This document shows positions 31,501 to 41,800 of a DNA stretch of 64,000 nucleotides, piece by piece. The position numbers were made by a program, and so were the translations under genes. Where the stretch lies: positions 45,800 through 109,799 of the forward strand of contig JAWKRR010000015.1 in the NCBI GenBank assembly GCA_041389525.1, written 5' to 3'. The stretch's first letter is position 1, and every line of letters starts with the position of its first letter. The DNA comes from Myxococcota bacterium. Its GTDB lineage: Bacteria > Myxococcota_A > UBA9042 > PHBI01 > JACKFB01. The notes beneath the pieces were generated by a model. The model was given only the letters and a program-made list of their open reading frames with translations, made no database searches and was not told the DNA's origin.

Positions 31501-33848
31501 GCACCACCGCGGCGAACGCGAGCGTCGAGACCTGCAACAACGTGGACGATGACTGCGACGGCACGACCGACGAGCAGCTGACGTCCATCGTCGACGCGGC
31601 GTGCGACACCGACGGCGCCTGCGGGCAGGCCGGGAAGACCACGGCGCTGTGCACAGCGGGGACCTGGGCCTGCACCTACTCGAGCGCTGACTACCAAAAG
31701 GCTGGCGAGCTGGGCCGCTGCGACGCGATCGACAACGACTGCGACGCCAAGACCGACGAGGATTTCGGCGCCAGCGGCACCGTGAAGTTCACCGAGCCCG
31801 ACGGCGTGACCAAGCGCGTGTTGGGCGCGAGCTGCGGGCTTGGCAAGTGCGCCGGCGGCACCACGGTGTGTGCGGAGGGCGGGGCGACGCTGCGGTGTAC
31901 GTCGGTGGCGGCGAGCCTGCCGGCGGACACCTGCACGGGCCTGGACGACGACTGCGACGGCGAGACCGACGAGCAGTTCAAGACGGGCGGCACGGTGTCC
32001 TACGGCGGCGGTGCCTTTGGCGGGGACTCGGGCAAGACCCTCGGCGAGGCTTGCGGCACCGGGAAGTGCGCGGGCGGGAAGGTGGTGTGCGCGACGACGT
32101 CGACGCTGACTTGCGACAAGGCGTCCGCGGCGGTCACCGAGACGTGCAATGGCGTCGACGACGACTGCGACGGCAAGACCGACGAGGATTTCAAGGCGGG
32201 CGGCAGCGTCAGCTACGGCGGAGGACCCTTGGCGGGTGACGCCGGGAAGACCCTGGGGCAGGCGTGCGGCGCGGGGAGCTGCGCGGGCGGGCTCGTGATC
32301 TGCGACCCGGCCAACGCGACGAAGCTGACCTGTTCGACGCTGTCGAGCGCGGGAGACGACGTGTGCGACAACCTCGACAACGACTGCGACGGAGCCAGCG
32401 ACGAGGGGTTCGGCGCGGGTGGGACGGTCTCGTTGAGCGCGGCGCTCTTCGCAGGCGACGTCGGCAAGGTGAAGGGCGCGGCCTGCGGCACGGGGACCTG
32501 CCTGGGCGGGACGGTGGGCTGCAAGGTCGGCGACACGATGGCCCTGGCGTGCTCCTCGGAGGGCGGCGCGGGCGAAGAGCTCTGCGACGCGGTGGACAAC
32601 GACTGCGATGGCTCGACCGATGAGGTCTACGCGGCCGGCGGAACCGTGAAGTACGGGGGAGGGCCCTTCGCTGCCGACGCGGGGAAGGCGAAGGGAGCTT
32701 CGTGCGGCACCGGGGTTTGCGCTGCTGGCACCGTGGTGTGCGACGCGGCCGACCCGACGAAGAAGAGCCTGACCTGCTCGAAGCTGAACCTGGCGGGCGC
32801 TGAGAAATGTGACCTGAAGGACAACGACTGCGACGGGACCACCGACGAGGACTACAAGCTCGGCGGGACCAAGCCGTGGGTCGAGATCTTCGCGCCCAAC
32901 GCGCCACGCTTCCTGGGCGAGGGTTGCGGAACCGGTAAGTGCACCGGCGGCACCGTGACGTGTCACGCGAGCAACGGGACGTCGATCTGCTCGTCAAACG
33001 CGCTGGCGTCGCTGTCGGACGCCAACTGCGACGGCATTGACGAGGACTGTAACGGCATCACCGACGATCCTTTCGGGGTCGGCGGGGTGGTGAAGTTCAC
33101 CGATTGGGACGGTTCGCAGCGGACCAAGGGGCAGAGCTGCGGCACGGGGATCTGCGTCGGGACCGTCGTCTGCGCCACGAACAACTCGCTGGGATGCAGT
33201 GGGGCGCTGCCGGGCGATGACGACACCTGTGATGGGATCGACCAGAGCTGCGACGGCATGACTGACGAGGACTACGTGGCGCCCGCGACGACCTGTGGTG
33301 TCGGGTCGAACTGCGCGTCCGCGGGCGAGATGGCCTGCGTGGACGGCAATCTGGAAGACACCTGCGAGCCGGATCTGGGCATGGCCATGGCCAGCGACGC
33401 GACCTGCGACGACTTCGACGACGACTGCAATGGCCAGACCGACGAGGACTTCGTGGAGAGCGAGACGAACTGTGGCGAGGGCGCGTGCAGCGCGACCGGG
33501 ACGATGCTCTGCAGCGCCGGGGTCAGCGGCGACACGTGCTCGCCGCTCACGCCCGCAGCGAGCGACCCGACCTGCGATGGCCAGGACGACGACTGCGACG
33601 GATCCACTGACGAGGACTACACGCCGCTGAAGTGCGACACCAGCCCTGGCGGCGACGGCTGCGCGACGGGCATGACGGCGTGCGCAGGCGGGTCGACCTC
33701 ATGCGTCGGCGACGTCGCCTGCGCGGGCTCGACTCCGTTGTGCTCGGCCAGCGGCGCCGAGGGCGTCGTCGACAAGTGCGAGTGCGATGCGGGCCCGCCG
33801 GACTCGTGCCCCGGGATGCTTCACTGCGTGGCGAAGACCTGCCAGTAA
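28548..33848 (+). CDS. giant lipoprotein (about 1766 aa) composed of about 20 tandem CDGxDNDCDGxTDE (MopE-like putative metal-binding) repeats
   Basis: Lipoprotein signal peptide [24 protein letters not shown] at an internal ATG. The 1983-aa ORF-track version extends antisense over groES. An Ig-like N-terminal region follows. Then come about 21 copies of ...C(D/N)GxD(N/D)DCDG(x)TDE(D/E)(F/Y) spaced by CG.GxC..G cysteine knots. Ends ...[21 protein letters not shown]. Confidence 0.8.
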   Translation: MSRPRPRRLWYALAALSLLVACGGGEAGVETLHLEISSDAPAGGQQLQEVRLLFIQQDEDGKFVRYPASLGDSEFERPVVAGEFDPVAAPVLIKIQYGAATFAASSAPVRVQVTGRAGGRVATSYEGVVDLTQATTIKVHLAVLNPVCDVDNDGFVDCGVEGCCDGPSPLADCEPNVATANPWAREDPCADCNDGIDQDCQGDDAKCEDADNDGVFDCLELDAKCGLGDPNVGPGLPELCDGRDNDCDSSTDEGFAYQVGGVNLPPGAACGVGECAGGTVECEANGLSVVCSSAGKVTTEVCGDGKDNDCDGATDEECTSADLDGDGFTKEQGDCNDFDSGRFPGAPEKCCPAVLKDTPTAVTQCDKDCSGDVKEAQFCAVNDLDGDGYSPPNDCDDNDPFVYPGAPEKCGDGVDQDCFADDLPCEGVEDADGDHWSPPADCNDEDPGTNPAAAELCDRIDNNCNGLTDEGNPGTDGSGACGSDVGQCKLGTRVCVAVAGPTYEPGDVVCIGDTVPADERCNGLDDDCDGKTDEEFTWAGLPVDASCDGVGECGQGIVECLPDEMGATCSSNADGSAPEVAVESCDGEDDDCDGTTDEALTDYAASTCLTAGVCGTKAGGAFVAKAVCRVDPKGATLPGWDCDYTTVSTFEADTETSCDGLDNDCDGGTDDEFKIGAGCDGDDADECKNGVLVCDGADPTHAICDESNSANVKESCDGADNDCDGQTDEDFKPGLAATDPTLAYDGGAYAADAGLYLSESCGTGLCAGGTVVCDPQDPKRLTCTSAGAAKLETCDGVDQDCNGATDNGFDVGADCGIGACVGGKKECVPGGAGTKCDSMPAGATQLLTGSKSKSSAEICDNIDNDCDAQTDEQLTADKPAGLLAAGCNPAGVCGEAGQTSALCTAGVWTCTYSSVNYSKDGELDWCDALDNNCDGSTDEDYGQDGTVTYLEPDGNTERVLADGCGFGKCAGGVTTCAPSKDALMCTTAANASVETCNNVDDDCDGTTDEQLTSIVDAACDTDGACGQAGKTTALCTAGTWACTYSSADYQKAGELGRCDAIDNDCDAKTDEDFGASGTVKFTEPDGVTKRVLGASCGLGKCAGGTTVCAEGGATLRCTSVAASLPADTCTGLDDDCDGETDEQFKTGGTVSYGGGAFGGDSGKTLGEACGTGKCAGGKVVCATTSTLTCDKASAAVTETCNGVDDDCDGKTDEDFKAGGSVSYGGGPLAGDAGKTLGQACGAGSCAGGLVICDPANATKLTCSTLSSAGDDVCDNLDNDCDGASDEGFGAGGTVSLSAALFAGDVGKVKGAACGTGTCLGGTVGCKVGDTMALACSSEGGAGEELCDAVDNDCDGSTDEVYAAGGTVKYGGGPFAADAGKAKGASCGTGVCAAGTVVCDAADPTKKSLTCSKLNLAGAEKCDLKDNDCDGTTDEDYKLGGTKPWVEIFAPNAPRFLGEGCGTGKCTGGTVTCHASNGTSICSSNALASLSDANCDGIDEDCNGITDDPFGVGGVVKFTDWDGSQRTKGQSCGTGICVGTVVCATNNSLGCSGALPGDDDTCDGIDQSCDGMTDEDYVAPATTCGVGSNCASAGEMACVDGNLEDTCEPDLGMAMASDATCDDFDDDCNGQTDEDFVESETNCGEGACSATGTMLCSAGVSGDTCSPLTPAASDPTCDGQDDDCDGSTDEDYTPLKCDTSPGGDGCATGMTACAGGSTSCVGDVACAGSTPLCSASGAEGVVDKCECDAGPPDSCPGMLHCVAKTCQ

Positions 33849-33854
33849 CGCTGC

Positions 33855-33888
33855 GAGCGCGAGCGGGATCGCCCGCTCGCGCTCGCGA
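33855..33888. terminator. 15-bp perfect palindrome (GCGAGCGCGAGCGGG-atcg-CCCGCTCGCGCTCGC) between convergent genes; bidirectional terminator candidate
   Basis: Lies 7 nt after the stop of the giant lipoprotein gene and about 12 nt before the stop of the convergent sigma-54 activator gene. No clear T-tract. Confidence 0.4.
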
Positions 33889-33900
33889 ATGAGCGCCCGC

Positions 33901-35376
33901 TCAGTCCTCTTCGGGTCCGGCCTCGAGCTCGTACTTCTTCATCAGCTTCCGGAAGTACTTGCGATCGATGTCCGCCTCTCGTGCGGCGTGGCTGATGTTG
34001 TACGAGTTCTTCTTGAGCAGGCTCACGATGTAGTCCCGCTCAAAGGAGGACACCCAGGCCTCCTTCGCCTCTTTGAAGGGCTTGTCCAGCGAGCGATCCA
34101 CGCGGTCTTTGGCCGTGGACGACCCGGCGGACGCGCGCCGGCGGACGATCCCGATGCCCGAGATCTGCTCTGGTAGATGCTCGAGGTGCAGGTACTCGCT
34201 GTCCGCGTAAGCGCAGGCCCGCTCGATGACATTGAGCAGCTCGCGCACGTTTCCAGGCCACTGATAGCTCATCAAGGCGTCGAGAGCGTCGCGGCTGATC
34301 CCTTTCACGTGCGGCGTCTTGTCGGCCGTGAGGTTGAACTCGCCGACCGCCAGGAAGTGCTTGGCGAGCATCGGGATGTCCTCGACGCGCTCGCGAAGCG
34401 GCGGGAGCATCAGGCGCACCACGCTCAGCCGGTAGTAGAGGTCCTCGCGAAACCGACCCGCCTTCACCTCATCCTGGAGGTTGCGGTTGGTCGCGGCGAC
34501 CACGCGCACGTCGACCTTGATGGGCTTATTCGACCCGACGCGACGGATCTCTCGCTGCTCCAACGCCCGCAGCAGCTTCGGCTGCAGATCCAGGCTCAGC
34601 TCGCCCAGCTCGTCGAGGAAGATCGTCCCGCCCTGCGCGATCTCGAAGAGCCCCTGCCGCGCCATGATCGCGCCCGTGAACGAGCCCTTCTCGTGCCCAA
34701 ACAGCTCGCTCTCGATGAGGTTCTCGGGCACCGCGCCGCAGTCGAAGACCACGAACGGCTTGTCCACGCGCCGGCTCTCCTCGTGCACCGTGCGCGCCAC
34801 GACCTCCTTGCCGGTCCCCGTCTCGCCCTCGATGATCACCGTCGCGCCGGTGGGCGCGATGCGCTCGAGGATCCCGAAGATCTCGCGCATGCGCGTGCTG
34901 GTCCCGACGATGCGCCCGAAGGTCTCCCGGTTCGCGGGCTGGATCTCGACGCGCTCGTCCAGGCTCTGAAAGCGCACGTCGCTCTTGCCCAGCGTCACCG
35001 TGCAGCCGGGCTTCAGGAAGGCTTCCTTGACCCGCACCCGGTTGATGAAGGTGCCGTTCGTCGACCCCAGATCCTGAATCAGGTAGGCGCTCTGGTCCTG
35101 AAAGATGCGGCAGTGGTAGCGACTGACCGTCTCGTCGTCCACGACGACGTCGTTGTCGTCCATCGCGCCGAGCGTGACCTCGGGCTGGTCGAAGATGTAC
35201 TCCGCGACCGTGCCGTCATCGCGCTCGATCACCAGCTTGCACTTCCGCAGGTGCAGCGTCGCTGGGCGACCGCTGATGTAAGCGATCGTCGTGGGCGGCA
35301 CGAACTCGCCGCCGCCGTCGTCGGAGGAATCCGCCACGATGGCCCTCTCCTGTGTGGAACGCGAAGCGCGTTCCAA
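33901..35376 (-). CDS. sigma-54-dependent transcriptional activator with N-terminal FHA domain
   Basis: FHA region (LHLRKCKLVIER...VSRYHCRIF...GSTNGTFINRVRV). AAA+ sigma-54 interaction domain with GETGTGKE Walker A and ESELFGHEKGSFTGA (GAFTGA-type) motif. C-terminal HTH. Confidence 0.85.
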   Translation of the reverse strand: MERASRSTQERAIVADSSDDGGGEFVPPTTIAYISGRPATLHLRKCKLVIERDDGTVAEYIFDQPEVTLGAMDDNDVVVDDETVSRYHCRIFQDQSAYLIQDLGSTNGTFINRVRVKEAFLKPGCTVTLGKSDVRFQSLDERVEIQPANRETFGRIVGTSTRMREIFGILERIAPTGATVIIEGETGTGKEVVARTVHEESRRVDKPFVVFDCGAVPENLIESELFGHEKGSFTGAIMARQGLFEIAQGGTIFLDELGELSLDLQPKLLRALEQREIRRVGSNKPIKVDVRVVAATNRNLQDEVKAGRFREDLYYRLSVVRLMLPPLRERVEDIPMLAKHFLAVGEFNLTADKTPHVKGISRDALDALMSYQWPGNVRELLNVIERACAYADSEYLHLEHLPEQISGIGIVRRRASAGSSTAKDRVDRSLDKPFKEAKEAWVSSFERDYIVSLLKKNSYNISHAAREADIDRKYFRKLMKKYELEAGPEED

Positions 35377-35531
35377 GCGAGTGATCGCGGGTACCGATCA
35401 CGTCCAAGAGCCGAGGTTTAGGCCATCCACGCCTCCGGGGTCAAGAGACCCCAGAGCCCAAACTCCACCCCGCCGATCGGGCTGACAACGCGCCGGCTCA
35501 CCCTTCGGGATACGCCGGCGCGGCGCGCGAC

Positions 35532-35966
35532 CTACTTGAACGGGAACTGATCGGTGTCCTCGCGCTCCTTCTTGAACTTGCTCTCCACGCGCTCCTGCTC
35601 TTCCTTGCACTCGATGCACAAGGTGGCTTCCGGACGCGCGTTTAGGCGCTTGGCGCCGATGAAGTTCCCGCAGCTCTCGCACTCGCCGTACTCGCCGTCG
35701 TCGAGGCGCTTGAGCGCCTTCTCGAGCTTGCGCAGCAGACCCTTCTCGCGGTCTCGCAGCCGGTGCTCAAAGGCCTGCTCATACTCGGCGCTCGCGAGGT
35801 CGACCTCGTCGCTCATGCGGAGCGCGCCGGCCTCCTTGACTGTCTCTGCGTGCTCCTCCGCCTCGTTGAGCAGCCGCGCGCGTCGCTCATCGAGGACCTT
35901 TCGGAACTGCGTGAGCTCAACCTCTGAGAGGGGCTCCTGCTCTTCGAACCTTGGGGTCTTGCTCAT
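35532..35966 (-). CDS. DksA/TraR-family C4-type zinc-finger protein
   Basis: Coiled-coil N-terminus plus CESCGNFIGAKRLNARPEATLCIECK (CxxC-N17-CxxC). Start moved to the internal ATG (MSKTPRFEE). Confidence 0.8.
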   Translation of the reverse strand: MSKTPRFEEQEPLSEVELTQFRKVLDERRARLLNEAEEHAETVKEAGALRMSDEVDLASAEYEQAFEHRLRDREKGLLRKLEKALKRLDDGEYGECESCGNFIGAKRLNARPEATLCIECKEEQERVESKFKKEREDTDQFPFK

Positions 35967-36339
35967 GGGGTCACCTTCCTTCGCAACCGCGGGCTCCGCG
36001 TAGGGCGCGCTATAGTGGGCCCCAGTGCCGCGTAGATCAAGCCTGGGGAGTCCAATGCTTGGGTTCAATGCTCCGTACAACGCCACGGGCGGGCGCTAGA
36101 TTGAGCCACCGCTACCGAATTCGACCGGCGTGAAGCCGAGGGGTCGATCGATCACGACTCTACGCCGAACGCCCCGGTGTCGCGATGCGGTACAGTGCGA
36201 TCGCACGCCGCGGATCCCAGTGGTCGTGTTGGGCGCTGCGGTGATCTTTCGCGATCACCGCCCGATTCGTTCGACCGCGACGCGCTGTGTATGACGATGC
36301 GTTGCGGTGGTCCGGCCGAGCCAGCATCCGCGCGTTCTG

Positions 36340-36415
36340 AGAGGCGTTGCACTTAAGTGTCACACTTTCCTGAACCAGAGAGCGTGACACCACGCCAGAA
36401 CGTCCTGTATACGGA
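36340..36415. promoter_or_regulatory. nested inverted repeats (GCGTTCTG...GTGTCAC-N22-GTGACAC...CAGAACG) in the 550-nt dksA-like/phaR divergent intergenic region
   Basis: Seen directly in the sequence. Local AT-richer patch in an otherwise 70% GC genome. Candidate operator or structured leader. Confidence 0.25.
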
Positions 36416-36640
36416 GTAAATCGAACGGAACGCATGTCGACCCATTCGAAGATCCTCGTACGGAGGACGCCCCCAGATGAACGACAAAGCCCGTCGTTGC
36501 TGGGGTTCGGACTGTTTCAGTAGCCCACGAAGACCGGAACATCGCCCCAACCGGTCGAACCCGCCCGCGGTCCGCGCCGACTCCTCTGGGGAGCGGACGC
36601 GACCCGTGCATCACCGCACACGCACATCGGAGACTACAGG

Positions 36641-37120
36641 ATGCCGGACAACCACCCTGTGATCGAACCGGTCATCGTTCGCAAGTACGGGAATCGACGA
36701 CTTTATCGCACCGACGAGAGCCGCTACGTCACGCTCGATGAGCTGGCCGATCTCGTCCGAGACGACGTCTCTTTCGCCGTTCACGACGCCAAGACAGGCG
36801 AGGACCTCACCGGGGTCGTGCTCGCCCAGGTCATCCTCGAGCAGGAGAAGGCTGGCGACGGCGGCGCGCTCCCCGTGGGCTTGCTGCGGCAGCTCATCCG
36901 GATGCGCGACGATCGGCTCTCGGACTTCATCGTCAACCACCTGCAGCGCCTGATCGAGATCTATCTCGAGGCCGCGGACGCCACGACGGACACGCTGGAC
37001 ATGGCTGTGCAGGGGTCGGTGGCCTCAGGCGAGGCGGCGATCATCGTCCAGCTCGCAGGGGTCCGCGATCAGCTCAACCAGATCCTCGACCAGCTCGAGC
37101 TCGACGAAGAGCCTGCGTAG
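36641..37120 (+). CDS. phaR: polyhydroxyalkanoate synthesis repressor PhaR
   Basis: N-terminal PHB/PHA accumulation regulator DNA-binding motif (VIVRKYGNRRLYRTDESRYVTLDELADLV) followed by the PhaR C-terminal region. Confidence 0.8.
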   Translation: MPDNHPVIEPVIVRKYGNRRLYRTDESRYVTLDELADLVRDDVSFAVHDAKTGEDLTGVVLAQVILEQEKAGDGGALPVGLLRQLIRMRDDRLSDFIVNHLQRLIEIYLEAADATTDTLDMAVQGSVASGEAAIIVQLAGVRDQLNQILDQLELDEEPA

Positions 37121-37146
37121 TCCCGACGGACCGACCTGAACGTGGC

Positions 37147-37180
37147 GAGGCCCGAGAGCGCAGCAGCGTTCCCGGGCCTC
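37147..37180. terminator. hairpin GAGGCCCG-N18-CGGGCCTC between convergent phaR and outer-membrane protein genes
   Basis: 8-bp GC stem located between the two stop codons. Confidence 0.35.
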
Positions 37181-37216
37181 CTCGCGTGGGCCTGTGCCTC
37201 GCGCCGCGGCGCTGGC

Positions 37217-38035
37217 TTAGAAGTAGAAGTTCGCGCCGAGCTGAAACTGCAGGCCGATGTTCATCTTGTCGTTGGGATCCGCCGACTGGATCCCGTCGCA
37301 GAAGCCGGTGAGTCCGCCCACCTGACGGAGGCAGTCCGTCCGGATCTCCGCGTGGGTGTCGAGGTTCTTGAAGATGGTCTGGCCGCGCAGGTCCGCCTGG
37401 AGCGACACGCGCTTGCCCAGCCACACCTCGAGCCCGGCGCCGAGCTGGCCCGCGATCTCGGTCATGTTGTAGGTGTACTGACCGTCGAGGTAGCTCAGCC
37501 GCGTGAACTGCACGCCCGCGCCGGCCAGCAGGTAGGGCTGAATCCGCGAGTTCGGCAGGAAGTGGTAGGTCAGCGCGGCCATGACCGGGATCGTGCGCTG
37601 ATCGAAGGAGTCTTTGCCGCCCTTCAGGATGTCTGCGGAGAGCTCGAGGCCGAGGTTACGGCCGAAGCGACTCCGGAACTGTAGTCCGATCCCTCCCATC
37701 GTGGAGTTCTCGCCGTCGCTGAGACCGAGCTTCTCGCCGCTCACCGCGATGCCTGACACGCGGACGCCGAGGCCAAGGCGCTGACGCTGGGGCTCGGGCT
37801 CGACCTCGACGACTCGCACGCGCTCGACCACCGGCGCGGGCCGGTGAACGACCACCGTCCGGTGCACGGGCGGGGGAGGCGCGACGATGACCACCGGCGG
37901 TCGCGGCCGGGGGCGGGGCCGCGGGCGCGTCTGTGGGTGGTGGTGCGGGTAGGGGGCAGGGTGTGCCGCGGCGGTCGTGGCGAAGCCCAAGACGAGCAGG
38001 AGGGCGACCGGAGCGCTGGTGATGAGTCGGGGCAT
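37217..38035 (-). CDS. outer-membrane beta-barrel protein with His/Pro-rich and (RP)n N-terminal linker
   Basis: Signal peptide MPRLITSAPVALLLVLGFATTAAA. HPAPYPHHHPQTRPRPRPRPRPP linker. Alternating amphipathic strands. C-terminal ...GANFYF typical of OMP_b-brl family proteins. Confidence 0.65.
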   Translation of the reverse strand: MPRLITSAPVALLLVLGFATTAAAHPAPYPHHHPQTRPRPRPRPRPPVVIVAPPPPVHRTVVVHRPAPVVERVRVVEVEPEPQRQRLGLGVRVSGIAVSGEKLGLSDGENSTMGGIGLQFRSRFGRNLGLELSADILKGGKDSFDQRTIPVMAALTYHFLPNSRIQPYLLAGAGVQFTRLSYLDGQYTYNMTEIAGQLGAGLEVWLGKRVSLQADLRGQTIFKNLDTHAEIRTDCLRQVGGLTGFCDGIQSADPNDKMNIGLQFQLGANFYF

Positions 38036-38289
38036 TGGGGACCTCACTGTGATTGCGTCGCGCCGAGGCACGGGTCCGGGAATCGAGGGATGCGACGCGG
38101 TCCGCCGGGGGGTATTCACACCGGTGCGGGCCGCCGGCGCCGCCGGGGCGAGGTGGAATCGCGCGGTCCGCGGGTGCCGCTGAGTTCGGAAAGGCGCCGC
38201 CAACTCGGGACGCGCCCAGACGGGCGTTGCGCGGTCTGGACACCCGTCGTAGGATGCGCCGGCTCGAAACCCGGGGTAGACGCGCCTAA

Positions 38290-40287
38290 ATGCCTGTAAT
38301 CAAAGCGCAAATCACGACCGCTGCCACGTCTGTGGCGTGCGCCCTCGCGGTTGGCCTCGGCGCGTGGGCCTGGCCTGCCGCGGCGTGGGCCGCCGACGAG
38401 CCGGCCCCGGTCCCGGCGCCCGAGATCGCTCCCAAAGCCCCGCTCAAGGAGGGGGCCGACGCCGACGAGGACGCGGACGCGGACGACCCGTTTGAGGCCG
38501 ACTCGGACTCGGACTCAGACTCGGACCACGACGACGGCGACGGCGAGCCCGCCCCCCCTGCGGAGCCCGCGCCTCCGGTCGAGCCCGCGACCGTCAAGCC
38601 CATCGCGCCGCCGATGGAGCACACGGACGTCGGGGTTCCGGTCGACTCGCCGCTCATCTTCGAGCAGCACCTGGATTTCCGATTTCGGCCCGAGCTGATC
38701 TTGGGCGGGGACCTGGGCGGCGGCGCCAGCGGCGTGCCGGAGCCCCTCGAGAACACCGCGCGAAACGGTGGCGGCGACGCGAACCTGCTCGCCTGGACCT
38801 CTATCCGCCTCAAGTACGACGCGATCCTGCGCCCCGGCCCGCCGTGGGGCATCCACCTCGGCCTCACCGCCCTCGACAACCTCATCCTCGGGGCGTCGCC
38901 GGCCAACGCCGACCAGCGCTCGCTGCGCGACGTCTTTGGCCTCTACCCGGACGCGGGCTCGGGGCGTGGCGACGACCTGCGCGACGAAGACGCCGCTGAC
39001 GCATACGCGACGTCCCGGACCGGGAGCCTCAAGCGTTTCCGCGACGCCCTGCGTGTCCGGTACCTCTACGGGACCTGGCGGATCCTCGATTTCGTGGACT
39101 TCGCGGCCGGCCGCATGCCCGACGCCTTCGGCTTGGGGATGATGCGGAATGCGGGGACCTGCACGGACTGCGATTTCGGGACCTACGTGGACGGGATGCG
39201 GCTGGGCCTCTCGCTCAAGGGTTTCCACCTCGAGGGGAGCTGGGAGTTCACGGCGGTCGGCGCGACGACGGATCTGCCGGGCCTGCCGGGCCAGCCGACC
39301 AATCTCGGGCGCATCGACGACGTCCAGACCTTCTCGCTGCGGCTGGTGGGCGCGCCCTACAACGACGCGACGCGCGAGGAGCGCCGCCACCGCTTGGACG
39401 TCGAGCGCAAGGTCGGCGTGGACTGGGGCATCTTCTCCTCCTTTACGAGCCAGGAACTCTCGAGCTCCGAGACCGATCCTGACGCGCTCGATCCTGACTG
39501 TCCCATCGTCGCCGCGACGGACTCCGGCCAGGTGGTGGTGGCCCAGAATTGCTGGCGGCTCATCCCGCGGAACGCCTTCTTCTGGCGGCCCAGCGCGTGG
39601 GTGAAGACCCTGTGGCACCCCAACGACGCCAACGCGCTGCGCATCGAGTTCGAGGCGGGCGCGATGATCGGGTCGGTCGGTAACCTGCAGCGCACGCCCG
39701 ACCTCGGCGACACCAGCAAGAAGTTCCGTGGGTTCGGCGGCGCGCTCGAGATCGAGTGGACCACGCCGCGGCTAAGTCTGGGGCTGAACACGGGCTTCGC
39801 GACCGGCGACAACCAGCGCTACCTGGGCGTCTTGGACGGCCAGAACCTCGTGGTGGTCGACGACCTGGCCTTCCCGAACTCGGCGAACACCAACGTGTCC
39901 GAGAACGGCACGGTCACCTCGTACTGGTTTCACCGCGACTACCGCCTGGACCTGATCCTGTTTCGGCAGGTTATCGGCGGCGTGACCAACGCGGTGTATG
40001 TGAAGCCTTGGATCGGCTACACGCTCTTCGATTCGGGCGACACGCGGCTGACGACGCGGCTGGACGTCCTGTACGCGGCGGCGGCGCGTCCCTCGGGCAC
40101 GCCGGGGCGCGGGAAGCACTACGGCGTGGAGATCGACGGGAGCCTCGGGCTGGAGCTGCCGGCTGGGTTCGCGATGGATCTCTCGGCGGGCGTGCTGCTG
40201 CCGATGAGCGCGCTCGATGATCGCGACACGGGCGCGTCACCGTCGGCCGCGTTCGCGCTCCGGACGCTGCTGAGCTGGCGCTACTGA
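38290..40287 (+). CDS. predicted outer-membrane protein, paralog B of 12010-13779
   Basis: Signal peptide ...ALAVGLGAWAWPAAAWA. Acidic low-complexity linker (DADEDADADDPFEADSDSDSDSDHDDGDGE). Homologous core and C-terminus (...FALRTLLSWRY) matching paralog A block by block. Confidence 0.55.
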   Translation: MPVIKAQITTAATSVACALAVGLGAWAWPAAAWAADEPAPVPAPEIAPKAPLKEGADADEDADADDPFEADSDSDSDSDHDDGDGEPAPPAEPAPPVEPATVKPIAPPMEHTDVGVPVDSPLIFEQHLDFRFRPELILGGDLGGGASGVPEPLENTARNGGGDANLLAWTSIRLKYDAILRPGPPWGIHLGLTALDNLILGASPANADQRSLRDVFGLYPDAGSGRGDDLRDEDAADAYATSRTGSLKRFRDALRVRYLYGTWRILDFVDFAAGRMPDAFGLGMMRNAGTCTDCDFGTYVDGMRLGLSLKGFHLEGSWEFTAVGATTDLPGLPGQPTNLGRIDDVQTFSLRLVGAPYNDATREERRHRLDVERKVGVDWGIFSSFTSQELSSSETDPDALDPDCPIVAATDSGQVVVAQNCWRLIPRNAFFWRPSAWVKTLWHPNDANALRIEFEAGAMIGSVGNLQRTPDLGDTSKKFRGFGGALEIEWTTPRLSLGLNTGFATGDNQRYLGVLDGQNLVVVDDLAFPNSANTNVSENGTVTSYWFHRDYRLDLILFRQVIGGVTNAVYVKPWIGYTLFDSGDTRLTTRLDVLYAAAARPSGTPGRGKHYGVEIDGSLGLELPAGFAMDLSAGVLLPMSALDDRDTGASPSAAFALRTLLSWRY

Positions 40288-40318
40288 GCGCGGCGAGTGG
40301 CTGCCCCTCGGCGGCCTC

Positions 40319-41800
40319 TCAGCCCTCGCGGGCGCGCAGACGGTCCAGGATGCGGGCGTGGATGCCGTGGAAGTCGCGGCCGCTCATGACCAGGACCACG
40401 TCGCCGCCGGGCTCCGCGGCCTCGGCGACCGATTGGGCGAGGGTCTCGGTGTCGGCGATGAGCTCGGTGCGCGTACCGACGTCGCGGATGCTCTGGATGA
40501 GGCCATCCATGTCGAGGCGCTCGGCGAGCGGCAGGGCGTCGTCCTTGTCCAGGGGCTTACAGAACCAGACGCGGTCAGCCCGCCCGAGGGCCTCGGCGAA
40601 CCCGTCTTGGAAGATCTTGCGCCGCGAGGTGTTCGACTCGACCTCGAAGAGCGCGAGGATCCGCCTGCCTGGATAGCGGGTGCGGACCGAGCGGATGGTC
40701 TCGCGGATGGCCGTCGGGTGATGGGCGAAGTCGTCGATGACCGGCACGTCCAGGGCGGTCCCGCGCAGCTCCTGGCGCTTCTTGGGGAGCTTGAAGCCGG
40801 GGAGGGCGAGGGCGATGGCCTCGGCACTGGCGCCGGCTGCGTAGGCGAGAGCTGAGGCCACGAGGGCGTTTCGCACGTTGTGGTCGCCCCAGAGCGAGAG
40901 CCGGGTGGGGCGGGGCGGCTGGCCGGGGAGGCACAGCGCGAAGGCGACCCCCTCGGCGTCGGGCTGAGGGTCGGTCGCGTAGACGTCCGCACCGGATTCG
41001 GCGCCGATGCCCACGGTCCAGAGCGGCGCGGGCGAGGACTCGGCGACCCGGCGCGCTCGCGGGTCGTCCACAGGCACCACCAGCCTGCCGTCGGCGGGCA
41101 GCAGGCGCACGAAGCGCGTGAACGCGGCCTCGATCGCCTCGACGTCGGCGAAGATGTCGGCGTGATCCATCTCGATGTTGTTCACCGAGGCGGTGCGCGG
41201 CAGGTAGTGGAGGAACTTGGGGCCCTTGTCGAAGTAGGCGGTGTCGTACTCGTCGCCCTCGACCACGAAGACGCGATCCCCGCCGACGCGGTTGTTCGAC
41301 TGGAAGTTCGCCGTGACGCCGCCGATCATGAAGCCGGGGTCGAGGCCGGCCTCGTGGAGCAGCCAGGCCGCCATGCTGCTGGTCGTCGTCTTGCCGTGGG
41401 TGCCCGTGACCACCACGCTGTGGCGGCCGCGGATGTAGAGGGCCGCGAGGGCCTGGGGCAGGGAACAGTGAGGGATCCCGCGCTCGCGGAGGGCGACGGC
41501 CTCCGGGAAGTCCGGGCGGACGACGTTGCCGACGACCACCACGTCGGGGGCCCAGTCCAGGTTCGAGGCGGCGTAGCCCTCGTAGATGTGGACGTTCATC
41601 GCGGCGAGGGTCGTCGACATGGGCGGGTAGGCGCCGCGGTCGGAGCCACGCACCTCGTAGCCGGAGGCGCGCAACATCCCGGCGAAGGCGCCCATGGCGC
41701 TGCCGCAGATGCCCATGACGTGGACGCGTTTGACGCCCGTCCAGTCCACGGGTGGCGGGGGGCGGCGCGGGTCGGAGTCGTTTGGTGCTGGGTGGTTCAT
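40319..41800 (-). CDS. mpl: UDP-N-acetylmuramate:L-alanyl-gamma-D-glutamyl-meso-diaminopimelate ligase (murein peptide ligase)
   Basis: VHVMGICGSAMGAFAGML..YPPMST...GTHGKTTTSSMAAWLL...EGDEYDTAYFDKGPKF closely parallels E. coli Mpl. A MurC assignment is less likely because of the YPPMST and EYDxAFFDK signatures. Confidence 0.8.
   Translation of the reverse strand: MNHPAPNDSDPRRPPPPVDWTGVKRVHVMGICGSAMGAFAGMLRASGYEVRGSDRGAYPPMSTTLAAMNVHIYEGYAASNLDWAPDVVVVGNVVRPDFPEAVALRERGIPHCSLPQALAALYIRGRHSVVVTGTHGKTTTSSMAAWLLHEAGLDPGFMIGGVTANFQSNNRVGGDRVFVVEGDEYDTAYFDKGPKFLHYLPRTASVNNIEMDHADIFADVEAIEAAFTRFVRLLPADGRLVVPVDDPRARRVAESSPAPLWTVGIGAESGADVYATDPQPDAEGVAFALCLPGQPPRPTRLSLWGDHNVRNALVASALAYAAGASAEAIALALPGFKLPKKRQELRGTALDVPVIDDFAHHPTAIRETIRSVRTRYPGRRILALFEVESNTSRRKIFQDGFAEALGRADRVWFCKPLDKDDALPLAERLDMDGLIQSIRDVGTRTELIADTETLAQSVAEAAEPGGDVVLVMSGRDFHGIHARILDRLRAREG

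Noticed and set aside
35349-35367. Palindrome GGAACGCG-aag-CGCGTTCC near the annotated start of the sigma-54 activator
   Set aside because: It lies inside the first codons of the ORF (TTG start uncertain). It is short and unsupported by other evidence, so it is noted only as a possible autoregulatory site.
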